NCBI GenBank assembly: GCA_051546255.1
Contig: CP128816.1
Coordinates: 992,001 to 1,056,000 of the forward strand
Reading direction: 5' to 3'
Source of the DNA: Meyerozyma guilliermondii
Lineage: Eukaryota
Length of the DNA: 64,000 nt
Under the pieces are notes generated by a model that was given only the letters and a program-made list of their open reading frames with translations, was not told where the DNA came from and made no database searches. The number at the start of each line of letters is the position of its first letter. The first letter of the stretch is position 1. Made by a program: the position numbers and the translations under genes. This document shows, in pieces, positions 41,901 to 52,155 of the stretch.

Positions 41901-42289
41901 CTAAGAAGGCAAAAGATGCTAATGGTGGAAATTCAGCAGGCCGATCTGTTTCTCCTGGGCAGAGATTTGACGATTTTGTCAGCAATGATTTGCTTGAAAA
42001 GGTCAAGACTGCTCAATTTCAGCTCCAGCTGGTAAAAGTCAACAACGGCACCAAGCTGGCCTCTGAAAAAAGTTCCTACAAGAGTTTACCGGCGGCTACC
42101 TCAGGACATACTCATCGGCCAGATGTAAATAGAGGAGGCGAAGGTTTTGGCTACGGATCGGATGAAGAGTATGCTGATGCCTACGAGCACTCTCGTGGCA
42201 GCGACCATGACGTCAGTGACAATCAAAGCGATGAAGTACGCATGGAAAGTGCTGCTGAAGATTCCGAGGACGAGCCGTGGATTCGTTAG
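38930..42289 (+). CDS. VID28: GID complex ARM-repeat subunit Vid28/Gid5
   Basis: LIRSLSRSVSLLRTFF, LGIIANFVLDFSSFR, AFDILRNLT and WIIINLTW. ATG at 38930. Confidence 0.75.
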   Translation: MSTPQTTSMPIDLASKDVSAMDLRSSLIGNRDLKFRVLSDTRLTLQLVDTFRESVHSLTTSTRAIGGEGNFEILQQVEENVVVIQILVSFILELKQLQMLPLEFSPDVVKPLSSSLMEFLNFHIKALASSNNMINDAHMKTIETCAISSLEILMILANLTGAGPHEYSQPLWRYILSSALTAMDSWTDTSSYFDSILQLVPLCLATFTISSTDFHLVAVLLNTLLVRLGKQCSVDSEKARDSTSLSSITTCAAQIFGFFESKSFLPGGLDMVFPLLPNIFKFLLVCIKSSDHASVLASLNLYFFLVKAQEAHQSSGELHGRVESFELIVPKATEMLIHESVSSNIKRLYLLSPTRILSNICLQYPRVTDDIRKTSLDIEIMKKLEANYVSNQTFKLFSSLKKKSNGGTKIVDFSPFLELDSTNVQEISDFLLFLSVFTSEKEEHRERVLSYGNDEKQKSQILPKLLFETVDNFRFLLLQFHLVHSVMNSQDSNNCIQGPDLPFFGNNMGIITRLLASSCFTNNFYLIRSLSRSVSLLRTFFVECNALISLIGSKPQRNSDPFIDRFDTPHHSGGLISNILFSLRDTEAGGDLMELYSRMSSPVSFMRSCRKIQMLNKSIVLGIIANFVLDFSSFRYDIVNDQEFIEHLEYIYTRATLHSVESLSGDDLEGEENILQMETIQLNVLQIIKNYMYNENQENKIEMLSYFKLSTIFDKTLIGVTNEWKNKKISAEVRQLLLKQKIVAFDILRNLTAGSPHFSEHLTEVFERDYLTSIPSLSGAPRDWTEYLIRNIVNYDLFDPNAGDGDDFKNDEVLLSRMNDGDYVSLLLAVNYIEDHRFTNMESFVGYDLPRDELLHIWLRFLKLYVNTDAEGDLDLNTRVAISNGLNSIKLLIVWIIINLTWKDDMVGYQYPSETSYRLYDTVQGGRHGGGAAAPIDTIEIDVDDTEEGKPKDSNSNQHVMSSPLQRARYLRRFGFAKALEMLNDSLTRGTKKAKDANGGNSAGRSVSPGQRFDDFVSNDLLEKVKTAQFQLQLVKVNNGTKLASEKSSYKSLPAATSGHTHRPDVNRGGEGFGYGSDEEYADAYEHSRGSDHDVSDNQSDEVRMESAAEDSEDEPWIR

Positions 42290-42940
42290 TGTCGAAGCAG
42301 GATAACAACAATGCATTGAGATTCATCATGATGGGGCTATGCATCTTGTTTCGGACTGTATGGACCCGCCACTGTTGACGCAGGTTACTTGCCATTAGCA
42401 AAATAAAAATAAAATAATCGAAAACGCCGCAAGATTTTGCAGAAATTTGAGTTTAATTAGCAAGTTTAACCTATACGCGACTGTGAAAGCAACATAATAA
42501 CAAGGAAAATACGGGCTAGTCCTGCGTAGTACATCTCATCGCCATTTTTTAGTGCCTCAGCATTGACATCATTGGTGTATAGTTGCAGCCAAAGATCTCT
42601 GACGTAAATGTCGAGATTGTTCGCGGTAGTCGTGGCGTATGCAGTACATGTTGGGACGTATTTTAACAATTCTCAAATATCCGCTAAGGTCTTGAAAAGG
42701 GTAGTCGTCAACGAAAATACTTAACGCGGAGTAGCACGACCCTTTACGCCTCGTACATATCTCGCATAACCACGAGGTTTAGTTTTGTTGATTGATCTTA
42801 TTCGCAATTAGAAATTACTTACAAACTTGCCCCTTGAAGCAAGGAAACGTCAAAAACTAGACCACGTTGAAATTTATTTAAACGACCATATTAGACACAA
42901 AAGCGATTTAATAACGCAAGCTTTTTCACTTAACTCCAAT

Positions 42941-44116
42941 ATGACGTCGATGGAATACTCAGAGACTAGCAAACATTCGTTAAACGATATCTCGCTCGAG
43001 GAGATGGCCCAGAGCCAACAACAACATAATATTTATGTTGGTGGACAGGAGACACACGGAGCGCCTGATCAACCTAGTATTGATGCTAAAAATCTGTCTA
43101 CGTCGTTAACTAAAAGTACATCTCGCCATCTTCACAAAGACACCACCACGAAGGGCAAGTATACCTTGAATGACTTTCAAATTCTAAGAACATTGGGAAC
43201 CGGATCATTCGGGCGAGTGCATTTGGCCAGGTCAATACATAACGGTCGATTTTACGCTATGAAAACCCTCAAGAAGGAGAGAGTAGTCAACATGAAGCAA
43301 GTGGAACATACTAACGATGAAAGAAGAATGTTGAAGCTTGCACAGCATCCATTCATTATTCGAATGTGGGGAACATTCCAAGATTGCCACAATCTCTTCA
43401 TGATAATGGACTACATAGAAGGTGGTGAGTTGTTCTCTTTGCTACGCAAGTCTCAGCGATTTCCGACACCAGTAGCAAAGTTCTACGCAGCTGAAGTATT
43501 TCTCGCCATAGAATATTTGCACAAGCTCGACATAATCTACCGTGATTTGAAACCAGAAAACATTCTTTTGGATAAAAATGGCCACATAAAGTTAACCGAT
43601 TTTGGTTTCGCCAAAGAAGTGGCTGATGTAACATACACTTTATGTGGTACTCCAGATTATATTGCTCCAGAGGTGGTTGCTACAAAGCCGTATAATAAAT
43701 CCGTTGATTGGTGGTCGTTCGGAATATTGATCTTTGAGATGCTAACTGGATACACCCCGTTTTATGATCCAACGCCAATGAAAACATATGAGAATATTTT
43801 AAACGGTACAATCACTTACCCTGACTACTTACCTCCTGACATTCTAGATTTGTTGCAAAAGTTGATCGTCAAGGACTTGTCCCAACGATTGGGAAATTTG
43901 CAAAATGGCTCGGACGACATCAAGAATCATCCATGGTTCAAGGAAGTGATATGGGAACGTCTATTGTCGAGAGATATCGAAACCCCTTATGAGCCTCCAA
44001 TCACTTCTGGTGTAGGCGACACATCTCAATTTGACAGGTATCCCGAAGACAAAGATTTAGATTATGGTATCAGTGGTGTTAACGATCCATTCGGGGAACT
44101 GTTCCCTGATTTCTAG
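42941..44116 (+). CDS. TPK1: cAMP-dependent protein kinase catalytic subunit
   Basis: [27 protein letters not shown] and a C-terminal FPDF. The N-terminus MTSME...SLNDI resembles Candida Tpk1. Confidence 0.93.
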   Translation: MTSMEYSETSKHSLNDISLEEMAQSQQQHNIYVGGQETHGAPDQPSIDAKNLSTSLTKSTSRHLHKDTTTKGKYTLNDFQILRTLGTGSFGRVHLARSIHNGRFYAMKTLKKERVVNMKQVEHTNDERRMLKLAQHPFIIRMWGTFQDCHNLFMIMDYIEGGELFSLLRKSQRFPTPVAKFYAAEVFLAIEYLHKLDIIYRDLKPENILLDKNGHIKLTDFGFAKEVADVTYTLCGTPDYIAPEVVATKPYNKSVDWWSFGILIFEMLTGYTPFYDPTPMKTYENILNGTITYPDYLPPDILDLLQKLIVKDLSQRLGNLQNGSDDIKNHPWFKEVIWERLLSRDIETPYEPPITSGVGDTSQFDRYPEDKDLDYGISGVNDPFGELFPDF

Positions 44117-44242
44117 ACGCATGCTAGTCATATGGCTACGATAATGAACATTATTCTCATTCTTCTCTGCTTCAAGAGATGCTCTTACAGTAAAATTTTC
44201 AATTATTGATATAATGAACCTAATAATACATAATTTGATGTT

Positions 44243-46180
44243 CTAAATGCAAGTGTCTATAGACTTCATCCAATCGCTTTTTAGGAATTTGTCGACGGTG
44301 AGTCTTGTCGATGGGTTGATATCGAGTAGCGAGTATAGGAGCATTTTTCTTAACTCGCAAAACTCTTTTTCATCTTCATCATCAGAAGAGTCGTCGTCTT
44401 CTTCGCTCAGATAACCGAAAAGAGTTTCAACAGGAGGAAAGGTTCCTTTTCGGTGAACGAGCCACTCTTTCGTATTATGGTCATAGTCGGCAATCATACG
44501 CTGCTTGACGTATTCATCAAAAACCTTGTCCTTGTATCTCACTTCTCCTTTAAGTTTACCTTTTGACTCTGTGCTATGCCAAACGTAGCCGTTTCCAAAC
44601 TGTTCAAGAACTGATGCCCCAGGGGTGTCAGCGCTCATGTACAAGCTCTTTTGAATATTGAAAAGTGTCAAGATTAGCACTCCAAGCGCCCAGTTATCCT
44701 TCTTCTTGGCAGAATAACCAGAACTTTCTTTATTTCCGCTCCCATATTCTTCAGGAGCAATGTATGGTTCGGATCCTATTGGTCCAGTACTGTAAGGAAT
44801 AAGTTGCTCGGCCTTATCCCACTTAGTTTGCACTACATTTGACTTGCCAAAGTCTGACAACTTCAATGTGATACTCGTATGTGTTGGAGAATCTTTTGGA
44901 GCCGGCTCGTAACTCACGAGAACATTTTCAAGCTTCAAATCGCAATGTGCCACTCCATGTTGATGCATGTACCATAAGCCGCGTGATATTTGTTTCACGA
45001 AACAGTCGTTCTCGTCGACTGAGACGTGCCTTATGCTTTGATTATTGATGTCTGTTTTTGTCGTAACGTACGTGAATAGATCGCCTCCTGGTGTGCATTC
45101 CATGATTTGACTAATTTTGGAGTACTCTCCTACTTCAGCCCAGTATTTCTTCACGTTCTCCACTGGAGGTAGAGTATACATCAAGTCTATGGTCTTGACA
45201 ATATGACGACTGTTCAATGTGGACGATATGATAAACTCTGAAAGAATTCTCTCAATGAACTTTTCCTTGGTTTCCCTATCCCTCGAATCGTTATTCGGTC
45301 TTTTTTGTAACTCCTTTACAGCATAAAGCCGGTGGCTTGGTGGGAACTGAGGTAATTCGTTTTTACGGTCCGGGTCTATGATCTTTATGAGACCGTAGGC
45401 GCCTCGTCCAATAACTTTGCTCACAGTGCCGTATTTATCATAGAGAGTCCTGCTTTTGGAAAGGATCTCTTCCTGATCCTTGATGCTTTCCTTGTGTTCT
45501 AGGATTTTGGACAATTTGCTTGTCAAATGGTTGAGCTGTGCCACTTGATCGTCACCAATTGCGGAGACAAAGAGACGAGGGTCGTCCTTTTTAGTAGTGC
45601 ATGATAATGGGTGAATTTTCAGTTCATTGTCAAGCAAGGAGAATGTCCTTTTGGATTCCTCATTGGCTGCTTGTGTCAAGGATGCTTGATTCACCGTTCC
45701 CAAACCACAATAGCCCATCAAAGTCGAAAGCTGAGACTTTTGCTCCAAACCTTTGCCGTGCTTTTTTATTGCATGAGTGTGTATCTCCTCCAACTCGCTA
45801 TCATCCGTATCAGAAACCAGTCCGTCCCCATCCAGCAGATCTGACTCAAAGTCTGACTCAAACTCACCGTCGTCGTCATCATCAATGTTCTCCACGATCG
45901 TACTTACTGGACGGCTACTCGGTTTGCGTCGAGAATCTACTGGCTCATCGATAGAGAGACCCTTTGTATGCTTCGTTAATTTCTCTACATCGTCGTTTCC
46001 ATGGCCCTTGCCCGCTTTGTTGCTTTTGAAAAGGGTCTTGAATTTACTATGGGATCCAGCAGACTGAATTGATGCCGCCGATTCCACCCTGTGTAAAGAA
46101 TCTCTTCTGTCGCTTCCTTCCCCGGACGAGTCGTGAGTTGGCGACAACTCTTTCTTCCGGGAAAGCTTTATTAATGCCAT
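44243..46180 (-). CDS. HAL5: Hal4/Hal5/Kkq8-family Ser/Thr kinase
   Basis: IGRGAYG, YAVKEL, SEFIISSTL, HCDLKLEN, SDFG and GSEPYIAPEE. Adjacent to TPK1, as recalled for S. cerevisiae TPK1-HAL5. Confidence 0.7.
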   Translation of the reverse strand: MALIKLSRKKELSPTHDSSGEGSDRRDSLHRVESAASIQSAGSHSKFKTLFKSNKAGKGHGNDDVEKLTKHTKGLSIDEPVDSRRKPSSRPVSTIVENIDDDDDGEFESDFESDLLDGDGLVSDTDDSELEEIHTHAIKKHGKGLEQKSQLSTLMGYCGLGTVNQASLTQAANEESKRTFSLLDNELKIHPLSCTTKKDDPRLFVSAIGDDQVAQLNHLTSKLSKILEHKESIKDQEEILSKSRTLYDKYGTVSKVIGRGAYGLIKIIDPDRKNELPQFPPSHRLYAVKELQKRPNNDSRDRETKEKFIERILSEFIISSTLNSRHIVKTIDLMYTLPPVENVKKYWAEVGEYSKISQIMECTPGGDLFTYVTTKTDINNQSIRHVSVDENDCFVKQISRGLWYMHQHGVAHCDLKLENVLVSYEPAPKDSPTHTSITLKLSDFGKSNVVQTKWDKAEQLIPYSTGPIGSEPYIAPEEYGSGNKESSGYSAKKKDNWALGVLILTLFNIQKSLYMSADTPGASVLEQFGNGYVWHSTESKGKLKGEVRYKDKVFDEYVKQRMIADYDHNTKEWLVHRKGTFPPVETLFGYLSEEDDDSSDDEDEKEFCELRKMLLYSLLDINPSTRLTVDKFLKSDWMKSIDTCI

Positions 46181-46498
46181 TGGTAGTTGGAGGAACCCTC
46201 AGGCAGATCTCAAATCTAAATTGAAGCCGTGAGGGGTCTGCATACGAGTTTGGCCGATATTCTGTTATGTAAGCGGAATATGATGTAGAGTTCACCGAAG
46301 TTCTAGGCACGTGTGGATTCGCGTGATTGTGTGGCAGATGTAAGGCGGAATGTGACACAAAACGCGTGGTTCCATTTCAGGACACTCGGTACCTCGCCTA
46401 GGTTTTTATCGTGTCGCAGAAAAATTGCGAGGAACAACTAATTAGGGGAAGCTCAAAAACTTGATTTTGCAAATTCTACATCGCAGCTGTGGTTGGCA

Positions 46499-48892
46499 AT
46501 GACGAGTATCTACACTGCAGACATTAGAAACCATCGTCGTGCACCTCCTCCGCCTACTCAGGCGTCGGCTAACGATTTGGCGGCAGGTGGTCTGACGCAG
46601 TTCAACGGCTCTCACGTAGCATCGAATAGTAATGGAAGCTCGGGGTCCAATAAGAGTATCCAATTGAACATCAACTCGAAGAAGCGCCAGTTTGGCTGGG
46701 TTCATCTCAAGGATGATGGAATATTTACTTCATTTCGTTGGAATAGACGGTTCATGGTGATCAACGACAAGACGCTCAATTTCTACAAGAATGAACCTCC
46801 GGCGCCATCTAACCTGTACTCGGCTGATCAGGCTACTATGGCATCAAATACGCCAGATATGTCATTTCCCTTGAATTTGGTGAGTGCCATAAACTTGAAA
46901 CCAAACTCGGGTTATAGCAAAACGTCTCACACGTTTGAAATTGTGCCCAAGAACAATGGACGGTCGATGTTTATTTCGGTCAAATCTAACAACGACTATA
47001 TGGATTGGCTTGATGCATTCACCACTAAATGTCCTCTTATCAACATCGGCAATGCAAACGCAACAAACATGTTGAGCGGCAACGCGGGTGTTTCAAACCC
47101 TATCAATTTCACTCACAAGGTTCATGTTGGGTTCGATCCAGCAAGTGGTAACTTCACCGGACTTCCTGATACATGGAAAAACTTGTTACAACATTCCAAA
47201 ATTACCAACGAAGATTGGAAGAAAGACCCGGTTGCAGTTATCGAGGTGTTGGAATTCTACTCTGACATCAATGGCGGAAACTCCTCCACGTCCACCCCCG
47301 TTGGTCTGCCAGCGGTCAACAATATGGCCAACGAACTGAAAATGAACGCTAACTTGCAAGAGTGGACAAAGCATCCCACTAAAAATCAACATGAACATCA
47401 GTTCAATCCTACGAGGGCCGCCCCAAGACCACCACCCTCGACCACCCAGAAGTCGAGCTCAAATATATCTCCTTTGAATAATTTGTTGAACAACTCGCAT
47501 CTGGCCGCTAACACACAGGTAACTGGCGATTTGGTACCTGCAAGAAGGGCTCCACCTCCACCCCTGGCAAATAATGAATCCACCCATGCTCCAACCCAGC
47601 GTCTGAAACCATTTAATTCAAATCAGCCTACTGGATTAGGCTTATCATCGGCGAACACCACCACCATCCCCAAACAAAGTCCTCCTTCATTGCCCAAGCA
47701 TCAAACAGTAGACTCAAAGCCTGCTCAATTACCTTACCCCAAAAAATACCCAGAAAATGATGATGGTCATGAATATGTTAAGCCCTTTGCAACAACGAGC
47801 AAGTTACAATTGGGTACGCGCAATGAAGAGCCGAAGGAAATCAAGAAACCTGTGGCTCAAGATGCCATTAAGCCGTTACGTATTGCACCAAAGGCTCAAC
47901 AAGCTACCAGCGGCAAAACGTCGTCGCCAGCCATTGGCCCTGCGCCTGTGAAAACAGCTAAACAGCTCAAACGTGAAAGAGAAAAACTTAACGAGATGCA
48001 AATTATTGCCAAGCTTAAGACTGTTGTCAACAACAATGACCCTACCCCATTATTTAAAATCATAGAGAAGGCTGGTCAAGGTGCATCCGGAGCAGTCTAC
48101 TTGGCTGAATCTTTGGCCAAAGGTGGAAGTAAAGTTGCGATCAAGCAAATGGACTTGAACCTTCAACCAAGAAAAGAACTCATCATAAATGAGATCTTAG
48201 TCATGAAGGATTCCCAACATAAAAACATTGTGAATTTCTTAGATTCTTACTTACGCGGAACATCCGACTTATGGGTGATTATGGAGTACATGGAAGGTGG
48301 ATCGCTAACTGAAGTCATCGAAAATAACGATTGTCGCTTATCAGAAAAGCAAATCTCCATTATATGTTTCGAGACATTGAAAGGTCTACAACATTTGCAC
48401 AAAAAGCACATTATTCACAGGGATATTAAGTCGGACAATGTATTGTTGGATGCCAAAGGTAATGTCAAAATTACAGATTTTGGTTTCTGTGCCAAATTGA
48501 CGGATCAGAGGAATAAGCGTGCAACAATGGTAGGCACTCCGTACTGGATGGCGCCAGAGGTTGTCAAGCAGAAAGAATACGATGAAAAAGTTGACGTATG
48601 GTCTCTTGGTATCATGACGATTGAGATGATTGAGGGAGAACCTCCATACTTGAACGAAGAGCCTTTGAAAGCTTTGTACTTGATTGCTACCAATGGTACG
48701 CCCAAGTTAAAGAAGCCTGAGCTTCTTTCCAACTCGATCAAGAAGTTTTTGTCAATTTGTTTGTGCGTTGATGTTAAATACAGAGCGCTGACGGACGAGT
48801 TGATTCAGCATTCGTTTATTCAACACAAAGCAGGCAAAGTCGACGAACTTGCACCATTGCTCGAATGGAAGAGGAATATCTCTCGCGAATGA
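46499..48892 (+). CDS. CLA4: PAK kinase Cla4 (PH-CRIB-kinase)
   Basis: RRAPPPP, PH domain, CRIB VSNPINFTHKVHVGFD, GQGASGAV and KRATMVGTPYWMAPE. Confidence 0.96.
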   Translation: MTSIYTADIRNHRRAPPPPTQASANDLAAGGLTQFNGSHVASNSNGSSGSNKSIQLNINSKKRQFGWVHLKDDGIFTSFRWNRRFMVINDKTLNFYKNEPPAPSNLYSADQATMASNTPDMSFPLNLVSAINLKPNSGYSKTSHTFEIVPKNNGRSMFISVKSNNDYMDWLDAFTTKCPLINIGNANATNMLSGNAGVSNPINFTHKVHVGFDPASGNFTGLPDTWKNLLQHSKITNEDWKKDPVAVIEVLEFYSDINGGNSSTSTPVGLPAVNNMANELKMNANLQEWTKHPTKNQHEHQFNPTRAAPRPPPSTTQKSSSNISPLNNLLNNSHLAANTQVTGDLVPARRAPPPPLANNESTHAPTQRLKPFNSNQPTGLGLSSANTTTIPKQSPPSLPKHQTVDSKPAQLPYPKKYPENDDGHEYVKPFATTSKLQLGTRNEEPKEIKKPVAQDAIKPLRIAPKAQQATSGKTSSPAIGPAPVKTAKQLKREREKLNEMQIIAKLKTVVNNNDPTPLFKIIEKAGQGASGAVYLAESLAKGGSKVAIKQMDLNLQPRKELIINEILVMKDSQHKNIVNFLDSYLRGTSDLWVIMEYMEGGSLTEVIENNDCRLSEKQISIICFETLKGLQHLHKKHIIHRDIKSDNVLLDAKGNVKITDFGFCAKLTDQRNKRATMVGTPYWMAPEVVKQKEYDEKVDVWSLGIMTIEMIEGEPPYLNEEPLKALYLIATNGTPKLKKPELLSNSIKKFLSICLCVDVKYRALTDELIQHSFIQHKAGKVDELAPLLEWKRNISRE

Positions 48893-49095
48893 GTATGTAT
48901 GTACGTATATTATAGCATGATTCTTAGAAAGTTTTGTAGTGGTTCGCTTAAACTTTTCGTGTGCGTTTACAACCGACGTACAAAAGGATGGAAAAATTAA
49001 ATTAATTGATATAAATACACGAGAAAGAGAGACCAACTTTTGCAACACTCTGAACTCTAAACGAAAGGAGCGATTAAACAACCCATTATTTGCCG

Positions 49096-50631
49096 CTAGT
49101 TCGAACTAGCATAGTTAGATGGGTTGAACGAGCTGGTGATTTGTTCTTCACCAGGAAGGTTAGGTACCGCCTGTGGGCCAATCGACGGCTGTGCGGTTTG
49201 TGGGCTGTTGTGCAGCTGTCCACCTCCATGTGTTAAGTGACCAGGGACTGGGAATGTTGGGTAATTCCCTAACAGATGGCCATTACCAGCACCTTGGGTC
49301 CTTGATTTATTTGTTAAATTTTTTTGCGACTGGTTATAGTTCGATGAAATACTATTCATCGTAGGAAGAGAGCCCGATTCAGTTGAAGGAACCACATAGT
49401 TATAAGAAGGGTGCAGCAGCAGAGTTTGAGGCGCCAGAAATTGTTGCTGTGGTCCTTGGTAATAACTCTCCAACGGTTGTGGATATAAATACAACGGATG
49501 GTTCAAACCTTGCAATGAAGACCCGCTGTCGTACAGGTATGACTTTACCTGTGGAGGAATCATGTAACTGTTATAATAGGAGCCAGGTTGGCCCGAATTG
49601 TTGGTTGTGGATCCGCCGTGGATAGCTCCATATGGACCACCAAAATTAACGTCAGATATGGCTGAGCCCACGATAGGTGGACCAGACCCATGATTGCCTT
49701 CTGAGCTTTCCTTCCGTGGAACCCGGTACGGTTGATACGGGATATTTTCGTCTTTATGATTGTTGTACATGAAGGAAGGGGTCTGGATTGGAATGGGCAA
49801 CATATGAAGTCCTTGTGGGCCACTCGAACCTTGTGGAATAAATTTTTGTTGCTGAGGTACATTATAGTGCAGCTGAGGGGACTGATCTTGCCTTTCGCTA
49901 TGGGAAGACTTTGCATGGTCGATGTCCTCAAGGGCCGACATGTTTTGCAACTGGTAATTTGTGTCCAAGAAATAGTAAGCTTCGTCTTCAATAGGAATTT
50001 TTCCTACTAATTGAGTGTCCTTTACTGCATTCCAGAGGCCTTCTGAGATGGTCAAGTCTTTCAAATCATCCTCCGAGGGTCTCGTTAAAAAGCCATTTAA
50101 AACGTCATCGACGTTATAATAGCAAATCAAGTGAATGGTCATCTTTTGATTCTTGGTTTCGAGGTTTAAGTCATTCGAATTTGTTGCAATACTCATGGTT
50201 TTCTTGATGAGTCCCAGATCTCTTGACATATATGGCTTTGGTTCGGTCGCATTGGAACTCCAGGTACCGGAGATATTGTACGGTGAGTTGGTTTTAGGGT
50301 CAGAAACGTCTATGCTGACCTTCCTTTTCTTCTTCTTCTTGTCGTCCTTTTCATTCAAACTGTGTTTGTCCAACTCTCGGTAAACTAAGAATCGGCCTAG
50401 AATGCGCAGTGGTGACCATGCAATTCCATCTGTCCATCTTTTAATGCCAGAGTATTCTTCTATGAATACAAACACGTTTCCAGATTTTATAAACTGGGGT
50501 CGTTCTTTTTCGAGCGGACGCCGTGGTATCAAGCTTAGTTGCTGATTTAGGACAGCTTGTGTGACGAGTAAAGCATCCTTCGTGGACCCGACATACCCAC
50601 GATACGTTTCACTGATCTTTTCTGTCGACAT
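49096..50631 (-). CDS. WOR1: WOPR (Gti1/Pac2) transcription factor, Wor1/Mit1 orthologue
   Basis: TYRGYVGSTKDAL, RRP..KER, GIKRWTDGIAWSP(S)RI.GRFLVY.ELDK...KKKKKRK, GLIKKT, HLICYY and a Q/P/N-rich C-terminus. Confidence 0.85.
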   Translation of the reverse strand: MSTEKISETYRGYVGSTKDALLVTQAVLNQQLSLIPRRPLEKERPQFIKSGNVFVFIEEYSGIKRWTDGIAWSPLRILGRFLVYRELDKHSLNEKDDKKKKKRKVSIDVSDPKTNSPYNISGTWSSNATEPKPYMSRDLGLIKKTMSIATNSNDLNLETKNQKMTIHLICYYNVDDVLNGFLTRPSEDDLKDLTISEGLWNAVKDTQLVGKIPIEDEAYYFLDTNYQLQNMSALEDIDHAKSSHSERQDQSPQLHYNVPQQQKFIPQGSSGPQGLHMLPIPIQTPSFMYNNHKDENIPYQPYRVPRKESSEGNHGSGPPIVGSAISDVNFGGPYGAIHGGSTTNNSGQPGSYYNSYMIPPQVKSYLYDSGSSLQGLNHPLYLYPQPLESYYQGPQQQFLAPQTLLLHPSYNYVVPSTESGSLPTMNSISSNYNQSQKNLTNKSRTQGAGNGHLLGNYPTFPVPGHLTHGGGQLHNSPQTAQPSIGPQAVPNLPGEEQITSSFNPSNYASSN

Positions 50632-52155
50632 AGATCAAATCGTATCAAGGAACGAATCTTGAAACAAAGCTTCAAAAATAATATATGTACACCGTGATCT
50701 ACCAGGGTATTCTTGATCGATTAAATATTGTCTTGGAAAACAATTGCGCACTTTTGTGCTCGTAAGCGTTACCTAGGTAGGGAATATTGTTCCAGAAATA
50801 CGAAACAATGAACGAAATCCTCGGCAGTAACAATCCAAAAACCACTTCGGTGTTAAATGAATATCTTAAATCAGGAGACAAAGAAGCAACTTTAAATCAA
50901 CAGTATAACACTAAACGAAAATAGAGCAAAAAATGAAAATTGCACTGTCGCTCGGTATGTAGGTACGGTGACGCAAATGTCTATGCATATGCACGTCTAC
51001 GTCGAATATGCAAGGAAAATCGATTCGAAATCCGAGAACATCACTATAGTGGTGCTAATAACACTCAGAATCTTAAAGAAACTATCGGAATGCCTGTGTA
51101 TTTCGAAATTTATACATTGTACAAAATTGCTCTCTTTTATCTTTAAGAAATCACACATTAGCGAGAATACGCGATTTCCTAATTAAGTAAGCGAGCCTTC
51201 CACGCCCTGCAAGACATGGATCCCTGCATTTGTTTCAAAAATTTAACTTTGGTCAGTTGCTCAATACATACTAGATTACGATTGCTAAAAGCATAGACCT
51301 GCTTGTAGGTTAAACGGACGGTTTTCATGTTAATATTGCCGGCCGTTCGCTGAATTGGGGAGAAGTGAAACGCGAGTGACCAATTGAAATTGTGAATTCT
51401 GTCCGGAGGATAACGTGCGACCCGCACCGTATGAGGCAAATTTCCGCATACAATTGCTCACCTGCATTCGCCTTGCGAATTATTAGGCAATGGTTTGCGC
51501 CGGGTGAGAAGGACCCTTGCTGCAAGATCTCTGCAAAGTATAAACAGTTAGGGTGTCAATACCAGTGGGTTCGGCAGGTCTACGACAATTTCAAGGAAGG
51601 GCTATCGTATCCTGATGGCTACACATCTCCAAAGATAGTCGTTTGTTATCAATTTTGCGACAAAATCTTCATTAGCACACTCACAGCGCGAAAATTTGGT
51701 GAAAGGTATGAACTAAAAAATGCAAAAATACAAAATTCTGCATTTTGAAAAAAATCACAACCACACTAACAAGACTTGGCATATGAGCAATATGAATTTA
51801 CGTACTATGGCTGCAAATCTCCTTCACTACCCCTTGTTTATGACCTTGCCTTTTCATCACGTATGTCGGCCTTCGTAAGTCGAGTACCAAAGCAAGCTCA
51901 CTCACGTCCCCGCCAATTCGCTTATTCTTGCAAACAAAGTGAGTGCTGATCCTTCCTAATCAAGCTACCATAAAATATTTGATTACGTTAAAAGTCAGAC
52001 GCAGCTCACCGTCCCGCCCCGCAAAACAACGTCAATTAGGTAAGCACCCAAGTTTTGCTCGCGATTCCGCCCCACACGATACGATAAGACGTTTGTCTGA
52101 AAATTGCAAATTGCTAATTCTGCACACAAAAAATCAATCATCGAAGACGGCGTTC

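Noticed and set aside
42827..42940. N-terminal extensions in the ORF track (TPK1; also MCD4, TRP3, CDL1, COS111, TFA2, VID28 and the GTPase)
   Set aside because: Mostly TTG/GTG starts or ATGs within promoter DNA; family homology begins at the downstream ATG.
51861..52146. Possible COS111 5' UTR intron GTATGT...TGCTAAT...AAG
   Set aside because: The branch-to-AG distance (~26 nt) is far longer than the 2-3 nt seen in the three well-supported introns.
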